From Tubiluchus corallicola (lineage: Eukaryota; Animalia; Priapulida), in contig JAQGDQ010000062.1 of assembly GCA_030141605.1 (NCBI GenBank), forward strand, positions 124,001 through 188,000: DNA of 64,000 nucleotides. Reading direction: 5' to 3'. The stretch's first letter is position 1. Each line of letters starts with the position of its first letter. This document shows positions 13,370-27,100 of this stretch, one piece after another. The notes under the pieces are model-generated. The model saw only the letters and a program-made list of their open reading frames with translations, made no database searches and was not told the DNA's origin. Both the position numbers and the translations under genes were made by a program.

Positions 13370-13985
13370 TATATTCATATACATTTAAAATCATGAGTAT
13401 ATTCACAGATGGAGGTAATATTGTTGTAGTTGTCAAAAAAGTTTTTTAGATTGGTAAAGTCCAAATCATCGACTTTTTTTCTTATTTCCTCCATTTTAGC
13501 ACAGTCGCACAAAACATGGTTTTCAGTCCGCAATCTCCCACAGGTGCACAACCTCTGGTTTTGTGGGTTCTTGACCAGCACCCAGTATCTATTGCCAGCC
13601 GATCGAGCTACATATACATTGATAGTTGTATGGCATTTTTCGTCCATCAAAGTGTACGTCTTCTGTATCACGAGAGTCAGATTCAAAGTGACGTAGGTTT
13701 TGTACACTGCGACTGTCGAACTGATTCTTTGCGTTTAGCGATGTCTGATTCAATGTGGTCAGCAAATAGAACTGCATTTAAACATCTAGCACCTGGTGTT
13801 CAATTTCTTCGGTGAATTACACAATGACCAAATTTTTATAAAAGGGCATCCCTCATGTCTCTTCTCTCTATGAGTATTTTTGTGAGAACGCTGTCTGCTT
13901 TTTTTTTATAAATGCAACCTCTGAAGGCAATCCAGCTTCCAATTAACACAAGACTGTTTGCCGTGTGGTCACAAACTCCTAGCGA
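13370..13985 (-). mobile_element. Non-LTR retrotransposon ORF2 C-terminal fragment (RTEX-like)
   Basis: Frameshifted DRLAIDTG.W (HxLxIETGRW motif) followed by RLCTCGRLRTENHVLCDC (Zn-knuckle-like). The upstream part (DALFIKIWSLC) resembles the element at 51.8 kb. Confidence 0.75.
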
Positions 13986-15143
13986 TGATTTGTCATGTTA
14001 CCACTGTTAAACAGTGCTAATTGTACTACGTACACGATGCCTGTAACTATTTATCACTAGAGTCACGCTACTATGGTGTGATATGGTCGCAACAACACAG
14101 TAGTAAAAAGCACAATAATTATAAATAGCATGACAGAATATTTTAGTTATAGTTTATAGAAACACAGGAATGTGCTTAATTCCGTTTGGCTTAACCCACC
14201 ACAAGCGGTTAACGGACCAAGACCCAGTGGTTTGAAATGCTTGTGGAACCATGTGGTTGTGTGTTAGTCAGATTCTGACCAAAATACAGTGGTGTTATGA
14301 CGTTCAAAAAACTTTAATTTCTGAGTCGAACTCAACGTTGTGTGGTGATTACAATCTGACCAAAATCAAGCAGTTGTGAATTGGTTGTGCGATAAAGAAT
14401 GACAGAATCTTCAGCAAAAACAAACTATTGTATGACTGTGAAAATCAGACTGAAATTGTCACAACATACCGTAAACTTTCATTTGTGACAAAATCCACCA
14501 GTGAGAATCTGGCGTTGTCACAATTATAACAATACTTTATAACGTTATAATTATTACGACCAACTATCAATTAAGAAATTTCTGAGTTCACTACAGTACC
14601 AGAATTTAACGTAACAGCATTACTGTGAAGATTACGGTTGTGCACAAAATATAAAGTTGACTTCATAATGTGTCATGACTCATGACTCATAGTCATAGTC
14701 ATAGGTAACAAGGTAAAAAATTTAATGATTAGATGACACGCGACAAAACGATTGCTTCTATTGTTATAATATGGTCTTATTAACATTGAAATTTTATATT
14801 ACTGAGTGCATAGACCTATTGGCAATTAAAAGTTCAATTTTTCTAACCACAAAATTTACTATGCTGCGGTTCCAACGGTTGCAACTATGTTTTCAAAGAT
14901 TTCAGAAAAATCTATGTCGCCATGGTTAAGAGAACGCCACTCAGATACGGAAATTGCACGTTAGATGGCGCAAGAGTACCATATCAAAAAGTGGGTGTTG
15001 TAGTTTTTTATTTTAAACATGTTGGTGATGATAATGACGAGATCCTGTCATTTGGAATTATTTTAAAAATATTCGGATACTAATGTTTTTAAAATATCTG
15101 TTGAGTATAAAATGCATAGCTGACAAGAAAACACGCGAATGAG

Positions 15144-18100
15144 ATGAGTGTTGAAAACGTATCGCACTCAACCGACGAGGACGACGATTTTGACGAACAA
15201 ACTACTGAAATACAAGGAACACTAAGTAAATGGACCAATTACATTCATGGCTGGCAAGATCGTTACATCGTCCTGAAGTCGGGAACATTGAGTTATTACA
15301 AATCTGAAACAGACACCACATATGGCTGTAGAGGAGCCGTTAGTATAAGCAAGGCCAGCATCCAGGTAATTGTTTTATTGCGATGGACTATGGTAACTGT
15401 TACATTAGGCCAGTCTGAGTTGGTCCAGGCTTTATTGGATGTTTTCTTTACTAAAATTATTTAATTATTAAAATGGGGGCAGCAGTCAGGTGACTTAGTT
15501 TTATGAGATAATTAAAGGCCTGTATAACCCCAACAGACACTGAAGTTTTTTACACATTATTATTATTACATAAATTATTCACAGTTTTCCGCAAAAATAA
15601 TTAATAAATTTAAATGAAATAACTCACCTTTTTCTTGCAAATTTCGAATGCGTCCACTGCCGAGTGAGCGAGAATGACGTTCCAGGTACAGAAAGCGTAC
15701 CGATGTTTGTTTACTGATCTTTAGTGACCTCTTGACTGTAGTGATAATGTCATTTGTCTCACACAATGAAAAATGGCAGTTCTTCAAATTTAAATACAAA
15801 TTTAAGCCACATTCATCATACTGTTAATAAAGCTCACAGAAGGCTTATGCTAATTAAGCGAAACTTCACTTATTTAGATGGGCCCATGATGATCCAATTG
15901 TACAAGTTTAGTGGTTAGACCAATTTTGGATTATGGCGATGTAGTGTAATGTGGTTTGCACTGTTTGGCATTATCAATATTTTTGTTGTCTAGGGGAATG
16001 AATTGTGTGCGCCACAGTACATTAACCTCACTATAGTAATAGTGTGGGTGTGAAGTTTGGGTCCATTTCTGCATATTTGTACCAAATTGGATTACACTGA
16101 ACCTGTGGAAAAAAATGCAAATAAAGAAATTAAGTTTAACCAGTTTATTTTCTAATCATAAATCATATACAATAGTAGGAGTAAACACTCCAATACAAGT
16201 TGATGTCTTCAACTTCATTATTCAGAGCAAACTTCAAACTGAATGTTGAAAATGACGCATTGTTAATTTAAAGTTACATCATTCTATTTCAGAATGCAGT
16301 GGGCTGTTCAATTTGTCAGATAAATATCTGTACTTCTTTGCCTCAATTTAGTCACAAGTTCATGTGACTATGGCAATTTGAGTTATTTCATCCTTCAACT
16401 TGGAAGTTTGAGTTTTAATTTCTCACCTTTATTTCAGGTTTGGTTTTCACTGCTTTTATCTCAGCAGGGTTTTTGTTTTTACTGCTTTTGTCACAGCACG
16501 GCAAAAAGGCTTTGATCACGGCTAAAACACTTGTTTTTATACACAAACGTGGTGCTCTGCGCATGCGCGTTGCCAAGTGATACCATACTGCATGTGAAAT
16601 GAGGGTTTTGAGCAACTGCTACTTATTTTCATTGGCATTCTTCTTAATAAGCTACTAAATTGCTTATTTTACAGTTCACTTTGTCATCTACTTTCTTTTA
16701 ATTATTTTGCGGCTAACAAATAGTAACAATTGTTTAAGCTCTGCTAAAAATAATCTTCGGTAAATTAATTTGTTTATCGAGCATCCCAACGGCTCTCAAT
16801 TAGCATGATTTCCTTGTTGCGCGCCCTCTATCGGCGGGTTGCATAGTTAGTTTTTGTAAGCAAACATATCCGCTCCCAGCAAAGGCATTATTTATTGTAG
16901 CAAAGGTTAGGTGGGTTTTAAACAAGGCAAAAACACCACAGTAGTTTGGAGTCCAGCAAGGCAAGATATGATAAGGAAATTGAATCAGTTCAACGTCGAG
17001 CTAATAGGCTTGTGCTAGCAGTTTCTGAACTGCCATACTGTACGAGAATCAACAGGCTATGGTTAACTATTTTAAAACATAGGCGTAAGAGGCAGGACTT
17101 GATCCAAACCTTCTGCATCTTAAAAGGCTTTGATCTCATTGATGCTAGCAAAATGTTTTCATCTCAGACATACCGTGATGCTAGGGAGCATCCTTACAAA
17201 ATCAAGAAGAGAGCAGCCTTCGATAGATGGAGCAGAAAATGATAGATTCTTTCAAAGCGAGTGGTTGATGAACGGAATAAGTTACCAGAAAATGTAATTA
17301 ATGCCACTGAACTTTCTCCGTGTAAGTCCTGATTAGATCTATATTGGCAGCACAACCCAGAAAAGTTTGTCAATCCTAGACTGCCATTATGACAGCAAGA
17401 TGTTTTGCGACACAGTCAATGATCTTGGAGTGCCACTGTTTCTTTTAAGACATGAATATAGAAACCAACAAAGATTGGAGAGGTTTATAAGTTATTTATC
17501 AGCTTAATGTCTATCCTTCGATGGTAACGGTAATACCGCTAACAGCGAAGTGCTGAGAAAATCTAAAGAAACAAGTTTTGCAGTAAGTTCATAATAAAAT
17601 ATATTGAATATGGAGGATTTCAAGTTGATAAAGCTTATATTATAGTAAGGGTTTAGTTTGACTTTAAGTTTAGATTCGTTTTTTACTGCTTATGGATTTC
17701 CATTGCATTCTGCTGGGCTTCATTAAGTGCTAGTTACATACAGCACTGTACACCAGTGCACACATGCACTCATGTTTCCATAGCAGCAACATGCTTTTGT
17801 GTTTTCATGATTCGCTACATTGTACAAGTTTATAATTTAGAAGTCTGCTACATTAATACATGGGTTACTTTTGTGTGTGTACATTCTGACACTACTGTTA
17901 GGTGTGACTGTGATGCAGTAGCTTCTAGTTGTAGTACTTCTGTTGTACATGCATTTATGCTCGCAACAGATTTTATAATTACGCAAGTAGATGCAGAAGA
18001 TTTTTTTGTCGTGCCAGCAGCTTTACACAGTCTTTGCTGTCTCCATTAGTAGATTTTGCATATTTTGCTGATATGTCAGTAGTAATTTTACTTCACTTGC

Positions 18101-21100
18101 CTCTTCTAATTCATATGATAAAAATTCATTTGTAGTTAGTATAATTTAAATGTTCTGGATATTTAGGCACAACATGAAGTAACCAAAGAAGCTTAAGATG
18201 TGAGCTATTTATAACAGTGTTAACTGAATATTTCCTCAGATTTAGGTCCATAGTATATTAGATTATTTGATGGATCTGGTCTTTGTTGGCAAACTAGCTT
18301 TTTTGTTATATGTTGTTGAGCTTTGAAATCTAGTATTCACATCAGAAGAAAAAAAGAGGAGAGACATCATGGGTGAATATTTATGGGTGAATGGTTTTGA
18401 AACACAAGTTTTATGGGTGAATGGTTTTGAAAAGGTAGATATTATAATAAAATAAACTCGTCAGTTGTTGGGTTTGGACCTTCTAGTGGAAAACAACGTG
18501 ACTGTATATCTGTATGTATTTAATAAAATTTAAGTATTGTTTTGCATTCAGGATAGGTTGAGATTTTTTTTGTGGTAAAAAACATCATTGCATATAATTA
18601 GTATAACTTAAATATTGTTTTACTTTCAGAATAAGCCCGAAACTTCTAATTGTGAACAATCATGGCTGTATTTAATTAGTACTTATTTTTCTTAGAAATT
18701 GTTTTACTTGCAGCCTCATGAGTTTGATGAATGTCGTTTTGATGTACAAGTGAATGACAGTGTATGGTATCTCCGTGCACCAACGCATGAAGACCGACAG
18801 AAATGGGTGGAAACACTGGAGGCATTTAAAGCCGATTCCGGTTATGGCAGTGAAAACAACTTACATCGACATGGCTCTCTCTTATCTCTTGCTTCTGGTA
18901 GTTTATCAACAACCAGTACTTCTTCTTTCAAGGTTTGTACCGCTTTTTGCCTTTTTATTCTTTGGCTTCTTATTTCAATAAAAATTAGCACTGTGACTAC
19001 ATGGAAAATGTCTTGCCACCATTAAGCAGAAATAGTAAAGTAGTAGTAGTAAAAGTTAAGTAGTAGTAGTAGTAAAATTAAATTTTTAAATTATTATCAT
19101 GTAATAAATTGTCTGGCTCATAATGTTCTATTATACAACCAACCATAATATAGATTGCAGTTAACAGGAATATGATGCTGTCACTTGTTCTGGGTGTGTT
19201 CTACACTTGTTTTCAAAAAAAATTGTCAGAACAATACACTGTTCGAAGCATTATAAAAAGAAGTTATGATGCAATGTGGTGGTGTAGTCAACAATGGTGA
19301 GCTCTTGAATGTTCTGGTTTATTGTTGGTGATACAAACAAGAATAAAGTCAAGATTAGAACAGTCTTGATTTGGAGTGTTTATTTATTCAAGTTCCAACA
19401 TGAGTGGCTTGAAATTTTTCAAGATTTTATATTTTGCATTTGATTACAGGTGAAATTACAGAGAAAAATGTTTCCCTAACACTAACTCCAAGTAATGCGT
19501 CTTTGCAAGAATATGAGCAAGAACATGCAGAATGTGTTAGTGTCATACAGAATATACATCAAGCTTTATTGTATGCAGAACTGACTGACATATTTTATGT
19601 AATTGACCCCGAAAAAGCAATATTGATAAGCATTGATGGGTCTGTGTGATATCACTACAGTCTAACCTCGTTATCTCGCCACTGTCCGTCTAAGGCAAAT
19701 TTTTGGCGAGAGGCGAGTATGGCGAGATAACGGGAATATAACTAAGTTAGTCTATATGTATATTCATAATAGTTGATTAACATAGTGTTCCTCTATGTAC
19801 ATATAAAATATATTTCGCATTATGATACCAATCAACATTAAATCAGAAATGAAAAGATGTCGTAAAAATAATCTTAGAATGTTACTTTTTTATTTAAAAA
19901 ACCTTTCAAAATTTTTTATTACACGTGCTGCCTGTTCTCTGCCCCTATCAAGAACGTCTGAAGGATTAAGACAAAACAGTTTTCGCTTTAGAGACATCAT
20001 GTAAAGTTGCTCACACTTTGTGGAAACTCAAACTTAAACGCAGCTTTGGCACTTTAGTTTCTCTGTGCATTAACCAAGTGCAGCAGCATTGTCTACATAC
20101 TGCGGTTATATTGATCGACACGGGGTATATGTATTGATCGATTCACCTCTGAGTTTGTCTGTTTGGCGACATAACGAATATAGTTTACGTAAGCACTCAT
20201 CCTAGCATGACGTGGCGAGGGCGAGAAGCGAGGGTGGCGACTTAACGAGGTAAATATCAAAGCAGGAAGTCTGTCCTGGTACTTTCTATGGCGAGAGACG
20301 AGTTTGGCGGCATAACGAGGGGCGAGATAACGAGGCTAGACTGTATATAACGATAGGTTCAGTTAGTTTGAGTATGAAAAATTTGTTATCATTGGTAACC
20401 GTATTACAGAGAGGTCGTGGGCTTCGAGAAAAACTGCTTGAAATGGGAACGTTCAGAGACATCTTGTGTCAGCAAATTGATACTTTGCAGAAGTATTTTG
20501 ACTCTTGTGTCGAAGCAATGTCCGACAGCAGTGATCAGCGAATGGGTAAGTGGAACTTTTGTGGTTCTTTTCATAATTACCACGAGTGCTTTGAAAGTAA
20601 CTTGACAGATTTCCACAAGCTGTCAGTTGGTGGGTCTTCTTGCTTTTGCCCAGAATTTAATAGTTAATACCAACTTTTTAGGTTTGTTTGTGGTTTTAAA
20701 ATATTTTTAGGAGTGTTAGTACACAAAATTCCATTTCACGATGGCTGTTACAAGCCTGTGTGCTAGTTTTTAATATTAAGTCAAAACACAGCGTATGCAG
20801 TATTATGATACCATACTCACGCTTACTAAGCTAGCATGCTTGTTTTTAAGACCTAATATGGGTTATGCAACTCCGCAAATGACTATCTAGACAAATTTTG
20901 TGAAACTTATTTTTAAATTTCATAACATGATTTTCTCACATAAAAATCTTCTTAGAGTGTTTAGTGAATCATGATTATACAACACAAGACACATCATTCT
21001 GTGCAGCTTGGGGTGTGCTTCTACCCTTTGATAAATTTATAGCCCTTTCGGAATATGTAACCTAGGTCCTCACGTACCTAAACTGGGAAGTTTCTTTCTT

Positions 21101-24100
21101 GTCGGCTGCCTTAGTCTTCACGTTGCTGTATATGTTACATTTAATTTTGTGAAAACATCTGTAATTTGTTGCATTACATGCATTGCTATATATATTGCCT
21201 TTAAACTTCTTGTACAAAATTGTTCTTTACACACTTGTAACTGTAATTGATTAGTTAATTATAACTGTTTATTTGTTGTAATGCTCGTATACTTAGGTTC
21301 AGCCCATGACGGAGATATTGATGATATGGATGAAGATTACTTGTCTAATCCCAGCCATTCACACCTTGATAGAGGTAATACCCATTTCAAGTAATGGTAT
21401 TTAATGTTGATTTTTTTTAGGGAAGCTGTGACTGCACTTTTATAGTGTCTATCATCCGGTTTTTATCTGTAGAGTTTATCGTTCGAATTAACTAAGTTTA
21501 AGTATCCACATTGCTATAACATATTGGATATCCTGGCATATTACACAGATGTCCATTTTGCAACAATTGAAAATTAAAGACATTGTAACAATTTTGTCAA
21601 ACATGCAATGAAGCATGTTAATTTTTAAGTGCGCAAACTGATGTCATGAACTCTGCAAATAGCTTCACTATTTCTGCATTGCAGCTTTTTTTAAAGTTTC
21701 TCCGTTTTTTTATTGCGTTTAAATTTGCTTCGCTTGTCTTAGCTGCAAATAAAGCCATAATGAAAGATTTATCATCATCATCAATTCGCTTGTCTGTAAT
21801 ACTATAAAAGGTATTTAGTTTTATGTGTAATTATTTCTGTAGTTGGTTTGCTGCAGCTAGTCGTTTCTACATTGTTGCTTGAGCTTTTAAGTATGAATCA
21901 TGTATTTATTGCACAGATTGGCCATGTTCTCATGAAACGTTAGCGATGCATGCCTCTCACTCTATTGACTTCAAGGGAGAAGCAATCACCTTTAAGGCTA
22001 CAACAGCTGGAATACTTGCCACCTTGTCACACTGCGTAGATTTGCTGACCCAAAGAGAAGAAACATGGAAACGGCGATTAGAAAAGGTAAGCGAGTTAAT
22101 TTTGTGAGGTCACCATCATTATATTAGATTTGCATGTCATAATTCACTTCTCTGCTGACATAAATAGTCATATAATTTGTACAGTCGCCGTATAACCTGC
22201 TTAACCTTTACTTATATTCGTAATCTTCTACTTGTATTATTATTATCACTTTGTTTTAATTTGCACCGTTTTTGTAGTAGCCCTTTGTTATTTTATTTCA
22301 CTTTTTAACTGCCTTGTCCCTTGTGAATTGCACTCTGAAGATTACGATATAAAATAAAATAAAAATAACTTCTGTCCCCCAAGATACAAATTTAAGCAGA
22401 GAAGATCATAGTTGCAGTCTGGTGGCATAAATTTGTTGTTTTTGTAACCTCTTCATTTTCTTCTGTTGTAATAAATTATACAAAAACTTTGATTTGCTAC
22501 TTGGAAATACTAAGCTAAAATTTACTAGTTAAGTTTTAATTTTTTTTCAATCCCGAAAAAAACTTTCGTCATTTCCCATTTATCGCTCATTTCATATGTT
22601 TTTAAATCAATGTCTGATGTGAAATAATGTGAATTATTGAAATTTGGTGATAAGAAATCCTGAGTGCTGTTAGGGAAAACTAATAAAAACTTTTAGAAGA
22701 TGAAAATTACTATAAAATTAATTTCAAGTAGAACATAAATAAAAGAAAAATGAATTTTGCCTGTAGCTGCACTTTCATATCCAAGTTTGTTTTTGAAGCA
22801 ATGAATTTGTCTGAACTGCAAGTTCTTAAATAATTCCACAAGTGAGTGGTAAGATTTAGTTTAATTGTTTTTTCTGTGCATACTTTACCGATTATACCTT
22901 TCTTTGTTATGTGTAGGAAACAGAACAGCGTAAGAAGGTAGAAGATTTATATAGAAAAGCTCTTGAGAAATTAGATGCTGCAAACAAACAGACACGGCCT
23001 ATAGTACTGGGTGGACCTGATTACGAGGTAAAGATAATGACCTCAAAGACTACTCTTTTTATAACTCAAACTGAACTTACTTTGATCGATATGCATATTT
23101 GACTATGTTGGAAAATTTGATAGAGCTGGTTTCTCTCTATTGCTAAGCTCATGTCAAAACGGCAGAATGCACAAGGTCCTCTTTAATTCTGGCAGGCAAA
23201 CGAAATATTATTTATTATCTGTACTACGTAGAAATTGGGTGTTTTTTTTGGATAAATTTTGCAAAAATATTTTGTTTGAAATGGAAATAAATAAATATTA
23301 CAATTACAATATTACTGCACAGTTTTCATCAATAAAGTGCAGGTTCTGTGCTGTTTTGTTAACTACTGCTTTTTGTTATATCCACTACCATTGTTCTGAG
23401 TATAGACTATAGCATGACTTCTTATTGTAAATGTAAAATCATTGGTGATTCTCAATTCTTACTGTTTGTAAACATGTTTTCAATATTAAGTTGACTGCAT
23501 GAATTGACTGATATTTCTGTGTCAGCTGGTAAGTACATGGTTACTATTTATTATACTGGAAAAATGCAGAGAAATATATATATATTTTGCTGTGGTATTT
23601 TGTGGATGAATTTTTATATGATTTTCTTGACTAGATTTCTCTGTAGTGACATGAAATGATATGTTTGAATGTTGGCGCTGGTGGTACTGGAAGAAACTGA
23701 CAGTGACTGATTTTTGGGATATTTTCATTGTTTGAAAATATTGTAATCTTCAGGAGACAATGTGACTAGAATGTTTGTTTATTTTTTTTTTAATGTAGAG
23801 GACTACAGCTATAGTTTTGGTATCTCGGGAGGCCAAAGTTACTAAATGACACTGACCAACAGCATAACTGAATTTTCTGTATTATGCAATGATTTCTGTG
23901 TTTCAGGAGGGCCCTTATTGTGCTATAGGCGAGGAGGAATTCTTTGATGCTATAGATGCGGCCTTAGATAAATATGATCATGAAGACGAAGTGGTAAATT
24001 TCCCTCTCTTTTGTTCACAGTTAGTGGAATTAGATTTGTTTTAAGTAATAAGTTGCATGCCTTATTCGCCTTTTCACTTGACAGATTGCAAGATTGTATT

Positions 24101-27100
24101 ATTATTATTGATAAAATTTGGTTCGAGCCTATTTAGGGATTGGCCCTGTAGTCACTTGTTCATCAAAGGTGTGTTGCTACATTTAACCATTAGGACCTTG
24201 CGTTACTGGTTCCCACATATCACAAACAGTACACCTGTTTTGCTGCTACTTATTTTGTCCCTCTGGTTTCTTATCTGTGGAAATATATTTTGTTATTGGA
24301 TGTATTTTAGTGTTTTTGTAATTTAAATGACCTCAGGTGAGTTATTTTAACAAACTTCTTGTAAGCCATTTAATTAGCACTAACCATGACCCAGTCATTT
24401 GATAATATTTGCATAGTTCAGAGAAACCAGTTACATATGTCAAACTTGCAACTTGTGTGTCTTGCAGAAACTGAATGACTCAGTTTGCAAGTAACTGGTC
24501 ACAGGCTGTTGGGTCCTTAGATTATAATCTATGAATTTTTGAGTCAGAAAACGAGCCATTCTACTAGATATACTTCAGTTTTTTCTGAGCTAAATATTTG
24601 TTATTGTACCATTTGTTAATATTTATATTAACACTGATATTAAAATTTCTTATCGTACATCCACTGTCCTACGTCTATAACCAGCCTTTAATAAAAGCAT
24701 TTGGCATTGCCATTATTTAATACTTTTGTTTTACTTGCAGTATCAGTGGTCCAGGCAAGAGCACCCACGACTGCCGAAAACTGTCTCTTTTTCACATGTG
24801 TCCAAGCATCGATTATCAGATGAGGTATGGTAGAGTAATTAACCCCAAGACTTGCATTGAATTTTGTCCATGTGCCTTAGGTTAAAGTGTCATCTCTTAA
24901 CTCTTGTCAGCTTACATGATCAGGGTTTTTGTTTGTTCACCAGAAAGAAAAAGCATTCACACACATTTAATAGTCTAATGCATCCATTGGCTTGTTCCTG
25001 GGGAAATTGTAATATATATAAAACTTCATTTTTGGCAACTTGATTTTTTTTGGCTTAATATATTTGAATGATTGACACAGTTTTCTGTTTATTTTTCTAA
25101 TTGCAGATTGACAAGAAGGTTGCTGAGCACATAAGACTGCTTAAAATAGGGTTTGGTACACAGAAAGGTGACTGGGAGCTCTTTGCCGAGGAAGGAGACA
25201 TGAAGGTATATAAAAGCCACAGTTCACTTTTTTTTCTGCTGTTGTTGTATTTTTGTTTTTGTATTTCTGCACCTTTATGTATTTTTTAATATAGTCGTGT
25301 CTGCTGTCATTAGCGTCTTTTTGTTTACTGTCTTTTGAGAAGGGTGGTTGACTCAATAACCTTTGGTTTTGTCGCCACCCTTTCTCCCATGTTCGTTTGT
25401 ATTTTTGTGTATTTTATTGTCAAATCATTGTAAATTTATGGAGGAAAATAAAATTACTATTACTATTACTATTACTATTACTATTCACTGATTTTGTCAA
25501 AACTGTTAAGTAATCAAGCAAGCTTGACCATTAGTATTCCTGAGTCACTGAGTTGTGTTCGAATCAGAGGAAAACAGAGTATGTGTAAAATTATATGTAG
25601 GAGTAGCTCTGGGAGAAAACCGTAATATGGTAAAATTGAGTCTAATAGATATTAGGGCATTGTGGATGGTATTTTTTCTGATGTAAAACATTTTATTTTT
25701 TTGCAAATCATATTTACTGTAATAATGTTATATGCTTGCTGATAAGCATTGCACTTTTGCTCAATCTACACAATTAATGTATTATAGTTGTATCGAATGG
25801 AACTGGAGGAGAACGGCTTAGTCTTGGACCCTTTGAGGGCTGTTAACGTAGCCAAGGGTGTTACGGCTCATGAACTCTGTCACTACTTCTTTGACATGGG
25901 CTGCCGCACAGATTGGGACAGTAAGTCACTTCAGTTTGACATATAGTAAAACTGACTAATTTTGTTTTCTTCTGAAAGTTTTGTGTGTTATTATCATGTT
26001 GCTTTGTTTGTCCTAAGCTGTGGTATAAAGAAACCCTCTTATGACAGGACCTCCTCAATGTAGATGGTTGTGGCAAAGCTGCAATCATGTTATCAAGGAG
26101 AATAGTCGAAAATTAAGTACTAGACTAGCAGGTGCATCTTAGCTACATTCGCACATATAAACTTCTTTCTGTGAGAGATTTGGCAGAGCAGTACCTCAGG
26201 TGAAAATATCCAGAAACAGCAATTCTTTTGATCTTACTCCAACCAACATTGATTAGCTTTACTGTCAAGCAGGTATTATGTGTGACCAATCAGCTATTCT
26301 CTTGATCAGATAATCAGATTAATAAAAATTAAGCTATTGAAGTTAAACTTAATGAGTGATTGCAGAATCAAGTATTTTGATTATCTATAAACGTCATTAT
26401 TGTTCAAATTTAATTAAATATTAATAAGTCAAACAAGTAGTACAAGTTTACCCAACATAACCCAGCCTTCATTGTTTATGAAATATTAATAATAACTTGT
26501 ATCATCTTGGTTTTTTTGTTTTACGCACAGCTACATTAGAACATTCACGGGTACTTGAAACGCTCGCACCGGATACAATGATCGAGTACCAAGTACACAA
26601 GCGAGTGTGGCCTGCGACTGCCAGGGACGCACTTTTTTGGTCTCACGTGCGTCAAGTTCATGATGAAACAGATCGTGAAGCTCAACCAATTTGGATTGTT
26701 GCCAATTCTTCCACCGAACACAATGATGCCCCAGTTAGTAATATTTTAGCAGCGTTTTGTTGATGGACTAAAAGTTGAAGATTAATTATATTTGTGAAAG
26801 TCTATGATATTTGAAAAATACGAATGCCAACATGTTGTTCTGTCTTAGTAGAGAAATTCTAGAAATTGCGTGAGGTTGTGAAAGTACTGAGCATGTTTGG
26901 AATAGCACAGCCAGGCAATGTTTAGAATTCAAACTCAAAGACATAATATTTTTACAGTTGTTAATGATAGTTTGTTGAAATCTTGTTTGGATTAGTTTTC
27001 AGCTTTTTACCATATTGTTAATTACTGTGCACCTCTAATAGAAGAATTATGGTGAATTATCATTAATTTTTTTGCTACTATAATTGCTAATTCATCAGCA

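Noticed and set aside
15512-15780. TTAA+AGG start resembling a Kolobok terminus
   Set aside because: No matching right terminus or second TTAA-flanked end was found in the window.
24426-24499. Short hairpin (ACCAGTTAC...GTAACTGGT) in a CERT intron
   Set aside because: Short imperfect stems with no TSD or known RNA motif; compatible with chance or old repeat debris.
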